From Escherichia phage vB_EcoM_WFbE185, in sequence record MK373778.1: a stretch of 64,000 nucleotides of DNA, one strand, 5' to 3'. Numbering within the stretch: the first letter of the stretch is position 1; each line of letters starts with the position of its first letter. A model generated the notes under the pieces. It made no database searches and had not been told where the DNA came from. It was given only the letters and a program-made list of their open reading frames with translations. The position numbers and the translations under genes are program-made. Below are positions 62,585-64,000 of the stretch, piece by piece.

Positions 62585-62947
62585 TTATAGACTCTCAGTA
62601 AAGGTACGAGCAATAACGTCACGCTGCTGTTCCGGAGTCAGAGAGTTAAAGCGAACTGCATAACCGGATACACGGATGGTCAACTGCGGATATTTTTCTG
62701 GATGCTTAACTGCATCTTCCAGAGTTTCACGACGCAGAACGTTAACGTTCAGGTGTTGACCACCTTCAATTTTAACTTTAGGTTGATGTTCAATTTCAAT
62801 TTCACGGGCATTCAAACCGTAGAAAATTTCCGGGTCTACAATAGCGTCTTCTTTAAAAGTCTTAGAGACAATAATCCGGGCCTGAGTACCGTCTTCAAAA
62901 TAAATAGTGCCTTTGTGTGCACCTTCAAGAATTTGATATGCTTTCAT
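62585..62947 (-). CDS. autonomous glycyl radical cofactor (GrcA/YfiD-like)
   Basis: C-terminal glycyl-radical signature [27 protein letters not shown]; a T4 homologue (Y06I) is known. Confidence 0.7.
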   Translation of the reverse strand: MKAYQILEGAHKGTIYFEDGTQARIIVSKTFKEDAIVDPEIFYGLNAREIEIEHQPKVKIEGGQHLNVNVLRRETLEDAVKHPEKYPQLTIRVSGYAVRFNSLTPEQQRDVIARTFTESL

Positions 62948-62953
62948 ATAACC

Positions 62954-63262
62954 TCAATTAGAAAATAAATTTATCCAAGTTTTTTCTTTAATCAAAAATG
63001 GGTCGGAATTAAACGCCATTAAACTTTGAGTGATTAATCCCTTAAATGGCCCGTCAATAAATTCCATTTTGAAATGCGGAATACTAGTCATCAACCGTGC
63101 ATTAGGAGCAGTACAAAGAACCTGCTGCCCTGCAAACGGTCCTTTAGTTAAACGGTATCGTTTAGGTTTAAAATGGTAAATCTCGTAATTTTCTACAAGA
63201 GCCCTTTTATTGCATACTGGGCTGTTATAACAATACTCAAAAACTTCAATAGTTGTCATCAT
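62954..63262 (-). CDS. hypothetical protein (102 aa)
   Basis: ORF. Confidence 0.45.
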   Translation of the reverse strand: MMTTIEVFEYCYNSPVCNKRALVENYEIYHFKPKRYRLTKGPFAGQQVLCTAPNARLMTSIPHFKMEFIDGPFKGLITQSLMAFNSDPFLIKEKTWINLFSN

Positions 63263-63798
63263 TGCATTCCAATCACAAAAAATTGAGGACGAGCATTACC
63301 GCCGATGCAATATTTGCTTTTGCAGCAGTGCTGTACTGTTTTAATGTGGACATTGTAAATCTTATCCATATCAGGAGCTTTAATAGGCTCGTCAATTATA
63401 TACAGAATACGAGAAAGCGTTAATCCACGGAATTTAGAACCTTCATTGCCAATAAAACTACGAACAGAATCAGTAAATAAACGGAATCGAATATCGTCGC
63501 TAGAATAACGAAAAAATTCTTTTTCAATGTTGCCAGCAGAAATTTTAGCATAAGCTGAAGTATTAGAAAGAACAATAACTGTTCCGCCATCATACAGCCA
63601 ATTAGCAGCAAAGTTAGTCACAGCAATTGATTTACCTGATTGTCGGCCGCCGTCTAAACGAAGTGTACAGTACTGCTTGAGTACGTCTTCAAATGGTGTG
63701 ACATAACCGTTCTTACAAATTTCTTCTACTCTAGCATCAGAATGGTGTGTAAAAGCATTCATCAGGGATAGATAAGGTCCAGTTAAAAATGTTCTCAT
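63259..63798 (-). CDS. P-loop-containing hypothetical protein (start set at ATG Met13)
   Basis: Walker-A-like GGRQSGKS; the track start is GTG. Confidence 0.45.
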   Translation of the reverse strand: MRTFLTGPYLSLMNAFTHHSDARVEEICKNGYVTPFEDVLKQYCTLRLDGGRQSGKSIAVTNFAANWLYDGGTVIVLSNTSAYAKISAGNIEKEFFRYSSDDIRFRLFTDSVRSFIGNEGSKFRGLTLSRILYIIDEPIKAPDMDKIYNVHIKTVQHCCKSKYCIGGNARPQFFVIGMQ

Positions 63799-63879
63799 AT
63801 TATTTCTCTTAAGGTTTGGGCCATTCCGTGGCACATGAATTGTCCATTTCTGTATTTACCCCTCCAAGTAATTATGAAT

Positions 63880-63909
63880 ATACTATCACAATTCTAGGAG
63901 AAAGTAAAC
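63880..63909 (-). promoter_or_regulatory. early-type promoter (-35 GTTTAC, 18 bp, -10 TAGTAT)
   Basis: GTTTACTTTCTCC...TAGTAT. Confidence 0.4.
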
Positions 63910-63917
63910 TGTTATTT

Positions 63918-64000
63918 ACCTTTAATTACTTTAGCTGCTTCGATAGCCGCTTGCTGAAGGTCATCCATAGACATACCGAATTTAGAAGCAAAGTTATCAA
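63918..64000 (-). CDS. 3' end of a minus-strand gene that continues beyond the window
   Basis: Open reading frame ending ...FASKFGMSMDDLQQAAIEAAKVIKGK then stop at 63918; 5' part outside window. Confidence 0.3.

Noticed and set aside
1-64000. tRNA genes, rRNA genes, CRISPR arrays, transposases/IS elements
   Set aside because: No cloverleaf-like tRNA cluster, no repeat-spacer array and no transposase-like ORF seen; the only exact repeat is the 55-bp tandem duplication

Overview
This window is a T4-like (Tevenvirinae-type) myovirus genome segment, collinear with the T4 early/middle region from rIIA to regB. The order is rIIA, rIIA.1, unsplit topoisomerase gene 39, dexA, dda, two ModA/ModB-type ADP-ribosyltransferases, soc, 56, primase 61, dmd, helicase 41, uvsX, dCMP hydroxymethylase 42, DNA polymerase 43, regA, 62/44/45, 46/47, 55, nrdG/nrdD, 49, nrdC, tk and regB. 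Almost every gene is on the minus strand and genes are tightly packed, often with ATGA/TAATG start-stop overlaps. From memory, the 903-aa polymerase and the overall layout look like an RB69-type phage; no database search was possible. The most unusual content is what sits where T4 has its DNA glucosyltransferases. There is no alpha-gt or beta-gt. Instead there is a GT-B glycosyltransferase next to rIIA and, between genes 42 and 43, a sugar-nucleotide pathway cassette (SIS sugar-phosphate isomerase, HAD phosphatase, a bifunctional nucleotidyltransferase/kinase and a 391-aa unknown protein). This points to non-glucose sugar hypermodification of hmC DNA, possibly arabinosyl-hmC. The nucleotidyltransferase/kinase gene is interrupted by a perfect 55-bp tandem duplication that shifts the frame. 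Intergenic regions carry many T4-type early promoters (GTTTAC -35, TGn-extended -10), several built into inverted repeats that would sequester the downstream Shine-Dalgarno in read-through transcripts; there are also MotA-box middle promoters, TATAAATA late promoters and UUCG-loop terminators. No tRNA, rRNA, CRISPR, intron, homing endonuclease or transposase was recognised. Coordinates of regulatory elements were read by eye and may be off by a few bp; several CDS starts were moved from the ORF-track start (which sometimes uses TTG/GTG) to the first ATG with a Shine-Dalgarno.
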